DNA from: Chrysomallon squamiferum
Taxonomy: Eukaryota > Animalia > Mollusca
Length of the DNA stretch: 64,000 bases
Assembly (NCBI GenBank): GCA_012295275.1
Contig: CM022670.1
Span: 42,160,001-42,224,000 of the forward strand
Direction of reading: 5' to 3'
Made by a program: the position numbers and the translations under genes. Below are positions 1-13,000 of the stretch, piece after piece; the stretch's first letter is position 1, and every line of letters starts with the position of its first letter. The notes under the pieces were generated by a model. The model was not told where the DNA came from, did not search any database, and saw only the letters and a list, made by a program, of their open reading frames with translations.

Positions 1-69
1 TGTATCAAACTTGTTATTTTGTTGAAAGGTAAATGCAATGATTATTTACCACACTTTGTTTAATTACAG

Positions 70-759
70 TACAAGGTGATCAAATATCTTGGAAATTCAG
101 AGAAAAGTTGACAAAATCACCCCGTGTAGACTGGACACTGGTCACCAAATCAGATTACGACAAATTCACAAAATCCGCAACAAACTACCAAACGCCCGTT
201 TCTCTGTTACAAAGTCAAACAGAAATGAAACGTCATAGTCAGTATGACGTCACTAGGAAAACAACATTGACGTGGCATGAATACAGAAATGACGTAGATG
301 ATAGTGACAGTGCGGGTAATCAGTTAGGAGGACCAAATCCTGACGTGCATGGAACAGAATCTGGTTTAGATGGAGATACATCACCGCCCACGTCGTACAA
401 CCCTACTTTGGATGACTGCGTATACGACGTGTTTGAAAGTGCTGGCGAAATTGTGTTTCCTAGTGAAGTAGACATTCCGAGAACGAGTCAGTCTGAGATG
501 GTCATGTGTAAGTGGCGAATTCGGGTCCCCGTGGGACCAAACATTCGACTGTCGTTCAGGAAACTGCAGCTAGAGCTGGGTTCAGAGTACCTGCAGCTAG
601 CAGTGGGGATGGGCGGAGACAAACACACCCGACTGATTACAGGTAACAAGATCCCCCACGACCTCGTTGTGGAGGGCTCAGAACTCTGGCTGACAGTCAA
701 GTCACACGGGAGAGGAGGATACACACAGCTGTCCGTCATCTTCTTTGAAACTGTCCTAG
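70..759 (+). CDS. Gene 1 exon: S/T/D-rich linker plus CUB domain
   Basis: ttacag|TA... to CTAG|gtatgt; CVYDVFESAGEIVFPS...CKWRIRVP...IRLSFRKLQLE...GSELWLTVKS. Confidence 0.8.
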
Positions 760-3700
760 GTATGTCTGTGTGTCTGTCTGCATATGTAACTGTTTGTATG
801 TGTATGTATTTATGTGTATTTATATATTTATTTTATTTTTATATGTGCTTATACACATGTATTTGTATGAGTAAGTGAGTGATTGTGTGTATGTGTGTGT
901 ATATGTATGTGTGTGTGTATTTGTACTTGTAACTGAACTTCTGTTTGTGTATATTTTTATGTGTGTCTCTAATTACTTTTAAGACTTCACTGATGTTTTA
1001 ACTAATATTTATTTACGCTTCAGTAACAAATAAAAATATTCGTCTTAAAATTTAATATTTTGTAATGAAAAAGATGACCAATAACATTTTCTATTTCTGT
1101 TTTAATCTGCTTTAAATTATTTTCAGATCCTGAGTTTCCTTACAGAGGTAACTCTTCTTGTGGAGAAACAACAACTGAGTTACACGGCAATATTACCTCC
1201 CCTGGATACCCGACAAAAAACTACAACAATCAGCAGGTTTCAGAGTTTTAAAAGATTTATTATTCTGTTTTATTTATTCATTTATTTAATTCTGATGATG
1301 ATGATGATGATGAAGATGATAATGATGAAGATAATGATGATAATGAAGATGATAATGATAATAATAACAACAACAACGACAACTAAAACAATTATCTTCA
1401 TAATGTTATTGTTTCAAATAACTGGTATATCGAACTGGTAAATCTCACTTGTTAAATAAATCTGCTAAAGCTGTACGAAAAAGCGTACCCTGCTTGTGGC
1501 TTTTTTCTGGATCTTTCGAAGGAAGCCTGCTTCTTTTCCTGAAAAAAAATGAATATATAACGTTTCTTTTTGAAAACATTAATGCAAGAAATAGCGAAAT
1601 TTTAATCTGCAGAGGTTTATTTAAAAAGTTTCTAAATAAAAATGATGTAAGTATTTAAATAAAAACTGTTACAGAAATATGAGTATTTAAATAAAAACTG
1701 TGTTACAGAAATATGAGCATTTAAATAAAGCTGTGTTACAGAAATATGAGTATTTAAATAAAAACTGTGTTACAGAAATATGAGCATTTAAAAAGCTGTG
1801 TTACAGAAATATGAGCATTTAAATAACTGTGTTACAGAAATATGAGTATTTAAATAACTGTGTTACAGAAATATGAGTATTTAAATAAAAACCATGACAC
1901 AGGAATGTAAGTATTTAAATAAAAACTTTGTGTTACAGGAATATAAGTATCTAAATAAAAAACTGTCTTACAGGAATGTAAGTATTTAATAAAACTGTGT
2001 ATTACAGGAATGTAAGTATTTAAATAAAAACTGTGTATTACAGGAATGTAAGTATTTAAATAAAAACTGTCTTACAGGAATGTAAGTATTTAAATAAAAA
2101 GTGTGTCTTACAGAAATGTAAGTATTTAAATAAAAACTGTGTATTACAGGAATGTAAGTATTTAAATAAAAACTGTCTTACAGGAATGTAAGTATTTAAT
2201 AAAAACTGTGTATTACAGAAATGTAAGTATTTAAATAAAAAGTGTGTCTTACAGAAATGTAAGTATTTAAATAAAAACTGTGTATTACAGGAATGTAAGT
2301 ATTTAAATAAAAACTATCTTACAGAAATGTAAGTATTTAAATAAAAACTGTGTATTACAGGAATGTAAGTATTTAAATAAAAAGTGTGTCTTACAGAAAT
2401 GTAAGTATTTAAATAAAAACTGTGTATTACAGGAATGTAAGTATTTAAATAAAAACTGTCTTACAGGAAAACTGTGTATTACAGGAATGTAAGTATTTAA
2501 ATAAAAAGTGTGTCTTACAGAAATGTAAGTATTTAAATAAAAACTGTGTATTACAGGAATGTAAGTATTTAAATAAAAACTGTCTTACAGGAATGTAAGT
2601 ATTTAATAAAACTGTGTATTACAGGAATGTAAGTATTTAAATAAAAACTGTGTATTACAGGAATGTAAGTATTTAAATAAAAACTGTCTTACAGGAATGT
2701 AAGTATTTAATAAAACTGTGTATTACAGGAATGTAAGTATTTAAATAAAAAGTGTGTCTTACAGGAATGTAAGTATTTAAATAAAAACTGTCTTACAGGA
2801 ATGTAAGTATTTAAATAAAAAGTGTGTCTTACAGAAATGTTAGTATTTAAATAAAAACTGTGTATTACAGGAATGTAAGTATTTAAATAAAAACTGTGTA
2901 TTACAGGAATGTACCTGGTTCATCTCGGCTCCAGCCAACGCCGTCATCAAAGTGAATATCGTCGACTTCAAGACGGAAATGTACGATCAACTACGGATTG
3001 GTGTAGGTTTGCTGGCTAAAGCGCCATCCACTCGCCTGCTCACCTTGTACGGCGAGCTGGAGAGTGAACGTGAAGCGATAATCCCGGCTAACTCTCTATG
3101 GATTAACTTTTACTCTGACGACACAATCTCAGATAGAGGCTTTCTAATCCAGTACGAAATTATCTTAAGAGGTACATATACACACCAGACTGAGTCATAG
3201 TAAAACAAAGTTCGAACGTTAATAATTGTTTTGTATGTCCCATTAAATATTTTATTCTTCCTGAACACCAGCCTTGAAAATGGGTAAATTGAATTTTCCA
3301 GTCCTCAGACTACTTTCGTTGTAATTTGTTTCTACTGTTCTTTATTTTATTTTTTAATTTTTTTTTAGTGGTAACTTTTAATTAGTGTTTCACTTCCAGG
3401 CACAATTTTCTGAAAAAGCCACATTTATTATATTATGCTGTACTTTTGTATTGTTGTATTGTATTGTATTGCACTGTACTATTTATATTATATTGTATTG
3501 TATTGTATTGTATTGCATTGTCTTATATCAAATCATATCATATTAATAAAATAAAACATGTTTTATTCCAAAACCAAGTACATGGTATAATATAATATTT
3601 GTATTAATCAATATGAAATATCTGTACCATAGCGAGTAATGGGATACAGCCCAGTAATCGAACTGGTGTTCATTTTTCATTGTTGACGACACAGCAGTTA

Positions 3701-3989
3701 TTTCCCTTGACTGAATATATAGCTTTAGACACTTACATTTATCTTCTGTTCATTAAAACACTGGAACCTAAAACACGGCTAAAATTTAGATATTTACATA
3801 CTTATTGTAGCTCCTGCTTCTGTTACTACTACTGTTTCTATTATTACTGCTACAACTACAACCGTTTTGATTACTATTACTACTTCAACTACAACGGTTT
3901 CGACTACTATTGCTGCTGCTACTACTACTACAGTTACTGCTATCTCCACCACTACAACTTCCAAACTGCTACTGCTGCTTCTGCTGCTA

Positions 3990-4037
<48 letters not shown>

Positions 4038-7000
4038 AATAAAATAAAATAAAATAAAATAAAATAAAATAAAATTCATATGTCAATAAAATAACGATTT
4101 TCACGTTTATACTAAAATGTAAATGGGTGTTCCCAGAAGACATTGTGTCAGACGGTAATTTGTTTACATCCAGAAACCTGTCATAGAAACCTAATCCCTG
4201 TGTAACATTATATAATTAAAGTAATTATACTCAATAAAAAAAAATTATAATAATAAAATAAAATAAAACAAAAAAGCATACGTCATTGTATTAAAATTAT
4301 GACGTTTGTGTGTTTCAGAAGTGTGCAACTCAAGCCACATACATAAAGAAGATGACGGAGAAATTACGTCAGTTAATTATCCACGAGTTTATCCAATCAA
4401 CAGCGAATGTTCATGGTTTATTCGCGGCCCGCCCAGATCGTGGATCAATATTACTTTACAAGACCTTGACATTGAAGATAGCCGCGATTTTCTTCTAATT
4501 GGTGAAGGTAAGGTAACAGTTATAAATTAATTTATTTATTTATTTAGTAATTTATTTATTTATTGATAACAAAGTGTATAGATGTTAAGTTAATCTTCGT
4601 TTAATTTGCCAAATAAGACACTGTGTAAATTCTTCCTAAACCCGATAAAAACTTCCCTTCCTCAGTACAGCATAATTTTTTTTATTTTAACAAACACAAG
4701 AACAATCCTAGCTCAGTGCAGTATAGTCAACACTTTTTAACAAACACACCACCTTAAAAATAGGTTATGTTTCTCACATATTAAAGTGTACATACTAACA
4801 TTGTTTTCTTCATTTATTTTTCTATAAAAAATTCTAAAATACACACAGACATATATACACATACATATATACAAAATTACACATATACTTATACACACAT
4901 GCACACACATACACACAAGTATACACTAACACACTCACATACACTCGACTTAGCGATCCGAAGATGTTTTCACTGTTATTTATGTCCCTGAAGTTTAGCG
5001 TCTGTTCTCTATTATAACTGTTAAATTTTTATAAATAAAAAAGAACAGAAATAAATAAATAAATAAATCAAAAATTTAAATGTTAATAATACGGAAAATA
5101 ATATGAAGTGAAAAGTAAAACACACAAAACAGGTAATGTCAGGCTGTACACTGTGATTCTCTGTAATTGTTTGTTGTACTTAAATGGATTCCGTCTGTCC
5201 TGTCTGATCAGCAGACGACAGCAACACGCCTGTAATCTGGAAGAAGAAATCCATGACACGCAAAACAGTGCACCGCAGTGTCACTGACACGTTATATGCA
5301 AGCATAAGTGCACCATGGTGACGTGATGACGTCACACATACCAGACGTTTTGAAACGTGACCTGAGGAGTCGTCTTGTAAATCCGGGCTATCTGAGGCTT
5401 GTAGAAGATTCTGTGATGAAATACTTCGTGATGACGAAACCTAACAATCAATCTAGTCACGATGTTTGCAAGTCAAATATGACAATCTTAAAGTAAACTT
5501 CAAATGCGAAGAAAACTATGCAGTTTATTGATTAAGATCCAGAGACAAAACACACATATACATAAATACATTTACACACATAAATACACATACATATTAT
5601 TTATATATATATGCACAAACACACATAGACATAACACACTCTCTGTACTAAAATACACGCAAATTCACGCATACTCACACATATACTTATACACGTACAT
5701 ACAACAAACGTTTTCATTGAAAAATATACATACAAATGCTTACGTTAACAGTTACATATTCACCTGCAGACACACACTCATACACACACACACACAGACA
5801 CACACACGCACACGAACTAGAAAATGAATTAGCTACAGTTAGGAAATCACACAACTGCTCGTTACTAGCTGAAACGGAAAATAAACAATGTATGCGTCTT
5901 GAATCAATGAGTGTACATTAAAGTATGAGACACTTTAAACATAGGACCTCAGTTTATATTAATTATTGTTTTACTACATTTGAAAAGAATGGGTAACATG
6001 TAAAAGAAGTTTAATATCGATGTTAATTTTCACCATATTTTTATTATGAGGACACAAGCACAGACTTATCAAGTACTTCGTCACCGAACTCACTGAAGAT
6101 ACAATTTTTTTTTATAAAATTTAATATTAACTGTTTTCCACATTGCTATATCACATACAGAACTGATATAAGACAGTGTTTAAACATTAGAAAACTACAG
6201 TTACCTGACAGTGGTAAATGTTTGTTTACAAATAAAAAAATAGATGTTTTAAGCTGTACGTCATATAATTGCTAACATCGTCGTTGTCGTTGTTGTTATA
6301 ATTATTATTATTATTATTATTGCTGTTTTCTTGTTATTTTAGTTGTTCTTGCTATTATTATAATGATTATTATTATTATTATCATCATCATCATCAACAT
6401 CATCATCATCATTATTCCTATTATTTGTATTGTTGTTCTTGTTGTTAGTATTATTATTTTTCTGGTTGTTGTTATTGTTGTTGTTGTTACTGATGTTGCT
6501 GTTTAGGAGATGAAGTGTTCAGTGGACCGTTCACTACGTACACGGGTAACGCGAGTGAAGTTGTCAGTGACACAGTGAAGTCGAGTGAAGTGTGGATACA
6601 CTTCACCTCAGATCACATGAGTGAAGAAAAGTACAGAGGCTTCAGACTCACCTACACAGTGTGGAGAGACGTGCCCACAGGTAACCACACCCCACTACGT
6701 TTTTTGTAATTTACTTAATTTATATACGTACAATACACAGTAATCACACACACTCTTTAAAAAAACATTAATAATAAAAACAATTTAATGCATCTATATA
6801 CAATACAGTAAACCATTCCCCACTCTGTTTTTCTTCTTTGTTAAATTAATATATGTATAAACAATATACAATATACAATACAGATATACACATCCTAATC
6901 TGTCATTAATTTAATTAATCTATAATACAGGTAACCACATCACTCTTTTGTTTTAAATTTAATTATTATATCTATATACAATATGCTGTACAGGAAACCA

Positions 7001-10000
7001 CATCATTTAAAATTAAAGCAATGAAATTAAATACATGTACCCACAGGCACAATGCATGCACATATAACTCTTTGATAACAAAGACACGTATCTATATTGT
7101 TTCAGATGAAGAAGTGGATGATATATTTATAACACTACATCTGTCTAATGTCAGTATACAACAGGTAAGTTTAATATCTTACACATATATAAAAATACAT
7201 ACATTCAGAAATATATACATACGTACATACATACATATACATGCACATAAACGCACATACATATTTATTTGTTTGTTTGTTTCAGTTTGAACAATATAAA
7301 GAAGCATTTCGAAAGAAACTGGCGTCAATGTTGAGTGTTTTGTGCAATTACAAATTATCATGCAATGGATACGATTTTTACAGGTAAATACTTGTGATGA
7401 TTTGATTGTGAAAATACTGCAGTATGAATGACGTATTGTATGTACTACTCACACTGTTTAGTGTAAATGATGTAATGCATAAAGAAAACGTATAATATAT
7501 TTCATGTTAGTGACTAATATATCTAAAACTCACTATATTTATTACGAGTGAAATATTACATGAATGAAAAAAGATTATATGTCACGATATTTTTAATATT
7601 AAATGTAAAACTCACGATATGTTTATATATATATAGATAGATAGATATATATGTAAAACGATACTTTTAACATTAAATGTAAAACTCACAATATTTTAAA
7701 TATTATATGAAAACCTCACAATATTTATAATATTATATGAAGAATTGACGATATTTTTTATATTATATGTAAAATTTAAGATATTTTTAATATTATTTGT
7801 AAAACTCACAACAATAATATTATAAAAAAAGTCGCTATATTTTTATATGTAAAATTCCCGATATTTTTAATAACATGTTTAATACTATATGAAAAATCAC
7901 TTGTTATAAGACATGCATGGTGTATCTAAACTTTCGTGTCTGGTGTGAGTGAAGTGTTATCTCTCGCACTGTTTTCTATGTATGTCGATGAGAAAGTTAT
8001 TGTTACATTTTTTAAAAATCTGTTTGAGGTTAATAAACACGTTTATTGAAGGAACCTAATTCCACTATGTACACGGTAAATGTTTATGAAACAGTTTCAC
8101 AAATTCAACACAACACAGTTGGTTGTAACTTTGCTGTTATAAATCAGTATATTCTCGTAGTGTGAGAACAACAGTACTTTTTTCTCTTTGAGTTATTTGT
8201 AAAACTGAGGATACACAATTTAACATCAGTTTGTACACGAGTGGCTGGTGAGTTTGATAAAATCACATTTAAAATACACGTTCAACTTCACTGTAATTTC
8301 AACATTGTTCACATCCATTCAATTTCTAGTAAAACATTAATTATATGCACATAAAACTTTCGAAATTTATATATTTGTGTACTTACATTTTGAAGTATGT
8401 AAGTATTGTTAACATGTACATTCGCAGAAGTGTGTGTAGCTGATATTTACCTTACGACAGTTGACATTTTCATTATGACATTTAAAATATTGTTGTGTGT
8501 TTCTGTGTGTGTGTATGTATCTGAATGTAAGAAGTATGTTAGTGTGTATGTATATGTATGTGTGTGCATATGTATGTACATACTTATATATGTGTGTATG
8601 TATGTTTGTATCTGTGTGGGTATGTATGATGAAAATATGTTTGTAAGTAAGCATGTATATCTATGTCTGTTTCTGTGTCTCTGTGTGTCTGTGAATGTGC
8701 TCGAGCATTTCTGTCCCACCCTGAAGGTATATAATTTATTAAGAACTATTGTGACGTCTCTTTAAATGGTTATAGAATAGGTCTGACTTGAATATTTAAA
8801 TCATTTGAAATCTTTGACAAAATTTAAAATTTTAAAAATGAGTTCGCTAAAGCTGTTTGTTAAACGATTCAAAATCCATCGGCATTTTGTAAATTCCAGC
8901 AAAAGCAGTTTTTTTCTGTTTCATCAACTGCAGCGAGTTGCAACATTTAGTGTAGACAAATTTGTCAGCGCCGTTGTTTCGTAAGTTAAATATCATGTGT
9001 TTGAAGATGCCCACGTGAACAAATTTGTCAGCTAAGCCTGTGTGACGTCACAATGAATGTCGTCTGCTTCCTTGCAGGGCGGAGGACGTCGTGGTTGAGT
9101 CAGGTGAAGAAGAAGGAGGACAGCTCGCAGTCGTTGTAAGGCTGTTGGCCGGACTAGAAGGCGAGCATGCTATGGACGCCATAGACTACGAGGATTTAGA
9201 AAACCTCTTCCACACAGACCTACAGACACTCGACTTGCAGGTGTGCTATATATTTCTACTTAACTGATGTTCTTTTCTTATTTTTAAATATACGTTTAGA
9301 ATAATTCTGTGATTTTAATTTAACTATGTCTGTTTTTGTCTGATCTTATTGTTTTACTCAAGTTTATTTTAATTATATAATAATAATTATTTTATGTAAA
9401 AAGTCAAATATTCACATGATTTTAATTTTTGAAACGACTATCTCTAGACTGTTAACAGTTTTCTGCAATAAATACCAGCTGTATTATTTACTCGTGTGTT
9501 TTTAATAAATACCAGCTGTATTACTTACACGTGTGTTTTTAATAAATAGCATCATAATTATTTACTCGTGTGTTTTTAATAAATACCAGCTGTATTACTT
9601 ACACGTGTGTTTTTGATAAATACCAGCTGTATTATTTACACGTGTGTTTTTCATAAATACCAGCTGTATTATTTACACGTGTGTTTTTAATAAATACCAG
9701 CTGTATTATTTACACGTGTGTTTTTCATAAATACCAGCTGTATTACTTACACGTGTGTTTTTAATAAATACCACCTGTATTATTTACACGTGTGTTTTTA
9801 ATAAATACCAGCTGTATTATTTACACGTGTGTTTTTAATAAATACCAGCTGTATTATTTACACGTGTGTTTTTAATAAATACCAACTGTATTATTTACAA
9901 GTGTGTTTTTAATAAATACCAGCTGTATTATTTGCTGGTGTGTTTTTAATAAATATCAGCTGTATTACTTACACGTGTGTTTTTCATACATAAATACAAA

Positions 10001-13000
10001 CGTGCACACGAACACACATACATACACACATACACATACTTATATATGTGTATGTGTGAAAAGTGAAGTTTGTGGAGTAAAAGGAGACTGGTGGAGACAT
10101 CTCTGTCACATCTATTTTTATCCTTTCTGAACACATCACGCTCCGTGTCATTCTCTAAAGTGAAGATGCGTTTGTGTATGTCTTGTTTATATCGCAGTAC
10201 ATGTGTTCACGTATACATTTATGCACATATAAAAACACACAAATATGTTATTAGCCTACCAATGTAGGTATCTAGTATACAAGTTCTCAAACTGACCTGT
10301 TTCTACAAAGTTTTGAAACAGCTGACTGTTAACAGTTGAACTTATTTTTTCTTACAGCACAACCCCAGTCAGTCGGGTATAGGTGAAACGTCCAGCCTGC
10401 CTGAATGGCTGATCGGCGTCATCGTTGTCGTCATTCTCCTCATCGGCGCGTTCTTCGCCATGGTCATCTACTCCGTTGTCAAAGAAAGGAGAAAGTACGT
10501 AGATGTTCTTTAATACGTGTCTGCTGTGTCATGTTTGTTCAGTATGTGTCGTGTTGTGTGAGTTTGTGTCGTGTTTGTTTGAGTATGTGTCGTGTTGTGT
10601 GAGTATGTGTCGTGTTGTGTGAGTATGAGTCGTGTTGTGTGAGTATGTGTCGTGTTGTGTGAGTATGTGTCATGTTTGTTCAGTATGTGTCATGTTGTGT
10701 ATGTGTCGTGTTGTGTGAGTATGAGTCGTGTTGTGTGAGTATGTGTCGTGTTTGTGTGAGTATGAGTCGTGTTGTGTGAGTATGTGTCGTGTTATGTATG
10801 TGTCGTGTTGTGTGAGTATGAGTCGTGTTGTGTATGTGTCGTGTTGTGTGAGTATGTGTCGTGTTGTGTGAGTATGTGTCGTGTTGTGTGGGTATGAGTC
10901 GTGTTGTGTGAGTATGTGTCGTGTTGTGTATGTGTCGTGTTGTGTGAGTATGAGTCGTGTTGTGTATGTGTCGTGTTGTGTGAGTATGAGTCGTGTTGTG
11001 TATGTGTCGTGTTGTGTGAGTATGAGTCGTGTTGTGTATGTGTCGTGTTGTGTGAGTATGTGTCGTGTTTGTTCAGTATGTGTCGTGTTGTGTATGTGTC
11101 GTGTTGTGTGAGTATGCGTGGTGTTTCACTACTGTCATGTTTCACTGGACTTTGATTCAGTATATGTTGCTTAAATGTGACTGTTTCTGTGCATACTGTG
11201 GTTCTCTGTGTGGGTTTCTGTTCAGTATGCGTTGTATTTCAGTGTACGTTATATTTTAAAGAGACTGTGTTTCAAATTGTTTTGTGTTATAGTGTGGTTT
11301 ATGTTTCAGTGTGTGTTGTGTTTCGATGTGACTGTTTCTCTGTGTGTTGGGTTTCTCTGATGTTTCAATGTATGCTGTGTTTCATAAAGTGTGTCTCGTA
11401 TTGTGTTTGAGTGTTGTGTTTTAGGGTTGTGTTTGAGTGTTGTGTTTTAGTGTTCTGTTTGAGTGTTGTATTTTAGTGTTGTGTTTGAGTGTTGTGTTTA
11501 AGATGTACATTTCAGTGTGTTCCATTCTGTAACTGTGTTTTATTATGGCCGTGTTAAAGTGTGTTTTTGTTTTATTTCACTAACAGTGTATTCCATGTGT
11601 GACTGTGTTCATATTTTAATATCAATGTGTTTATATTTTAATATCAATGTGTTTATATTTTAATATCAATGTACTGATATTTTGATGTGACTTATTGATG
11701 TTTTAAAACAACGGAATATTTTAATTTCACTCTATTATATTTTTGAATGTGAACATGTCTGTTTTAAGGTGACAGTTTTTGTTTTAATGTGATTTATTGT
11801 GGTATCTCTCTATTTGTATGTATGTATGTATATATGCATGTATATATGTAAATATGTTTGTATGTGTGTATGTATGTATATGTGTGTGTGTGTGTGTATA
11901 TGTATGCGTGTATTTCACAGAAACTGAATATAGTGTGTTTGTGTAGCAGGGTGGTTAGGGTTGTGTTTCTATAATGCTTCACTGATCAGGTCGAACTTCT
12001 CAGCTCTGTGAACTGTTAAAGCTGCACACTGAGATATCACTGTAATGTAATTTTAAAATGTGTACACTTTTGTAGAGCCGATGCGCTAAAATGTTTAAAT
12101 ATTTGTGTTGAGGAAGTTAGAGGAAATTCACTCCAGAACGGAATGCAAACACTCAAACAACACGTGTTTGTTTGAGAGGCTGGTAAATAGCCGTAAAACC
12201 ACCTTTTAAAAATACGGCTAGCGGCATTCCAGCACGGCTTCCTGACGTCACGCGTCACCTCCTCGCTACCAACATCAGTCGTGTAGATGTTAGTGTCATC
12301 ACCGTACACCGAATACCACAAACACGTGACGCTGGCTGTCAAGTAAGACTTTCAAATCGACTGGTCCCAGCACCGTTTGTCACACTTCAGTTGACGTCTG
12401 TTTTAGCTGAAATATCAAAATTGCGCGCTTTGTGTCTTCTCTTTAACAAATGTGATAAAAATACACTTGTAAAATTTGACATATTGCAGTAAAAGAAAAC
12501 GAAGTTTTAACCTGAGCATATTGTCTCTTTTTTCTTATTCTGTATTTTCTTTTTCTTCTTTTTTTTTCTTCATGATTTTTTTTTTTTTTTTTTCCTTTAT
12601 ATGTTCGGTTTTTTTTATTATTACTTTTATCGAAATTGACTTCAGGAGTTACAGCGAAATAAATTCATAAAGAATGATATTAGTTTTCAAAGCACTTTTT
12701 ATAGTATTTATTACTCATAACAAATATATATAGTCAGATATTATTTTATAGACTTTATATAATGAGAGAAGAAACACGACTTTTATTATCCATTATCAGA
12801 CACTGCGAGCACAACAAAGTAATCAGCCTCATGGGTTTTATCTTCTTCTTCTTCATTAATTATTGTTGTTGTCGTCGTTGCTGTTGTTTATTTATTTATT
12901 AGTGTATTTTTTTTTAAATTCACCCAATCTCTCAGTCATTATAAAGCAGATACTGAAGACACGTGTAAAGATATAATTTTACTAACGGTAGTGAAAATAA

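Noticed and set aside
1127-1147. 21-nt micro-exon using GAG|GTAACT at 1148
   Set aside because: The frame continues into a clear CUB N-terminus, and only the donor at 1237 matches the phase of the next exon.
5190-5500. GC-richer intronic island (also 8870-9060, 22025-22075, 32620-32820) as a SINE, MITE or tRNA-derived element
   Set aside because: I could identify no A/B boxes, terminal repeats, target-site duplication or second copy within the window.
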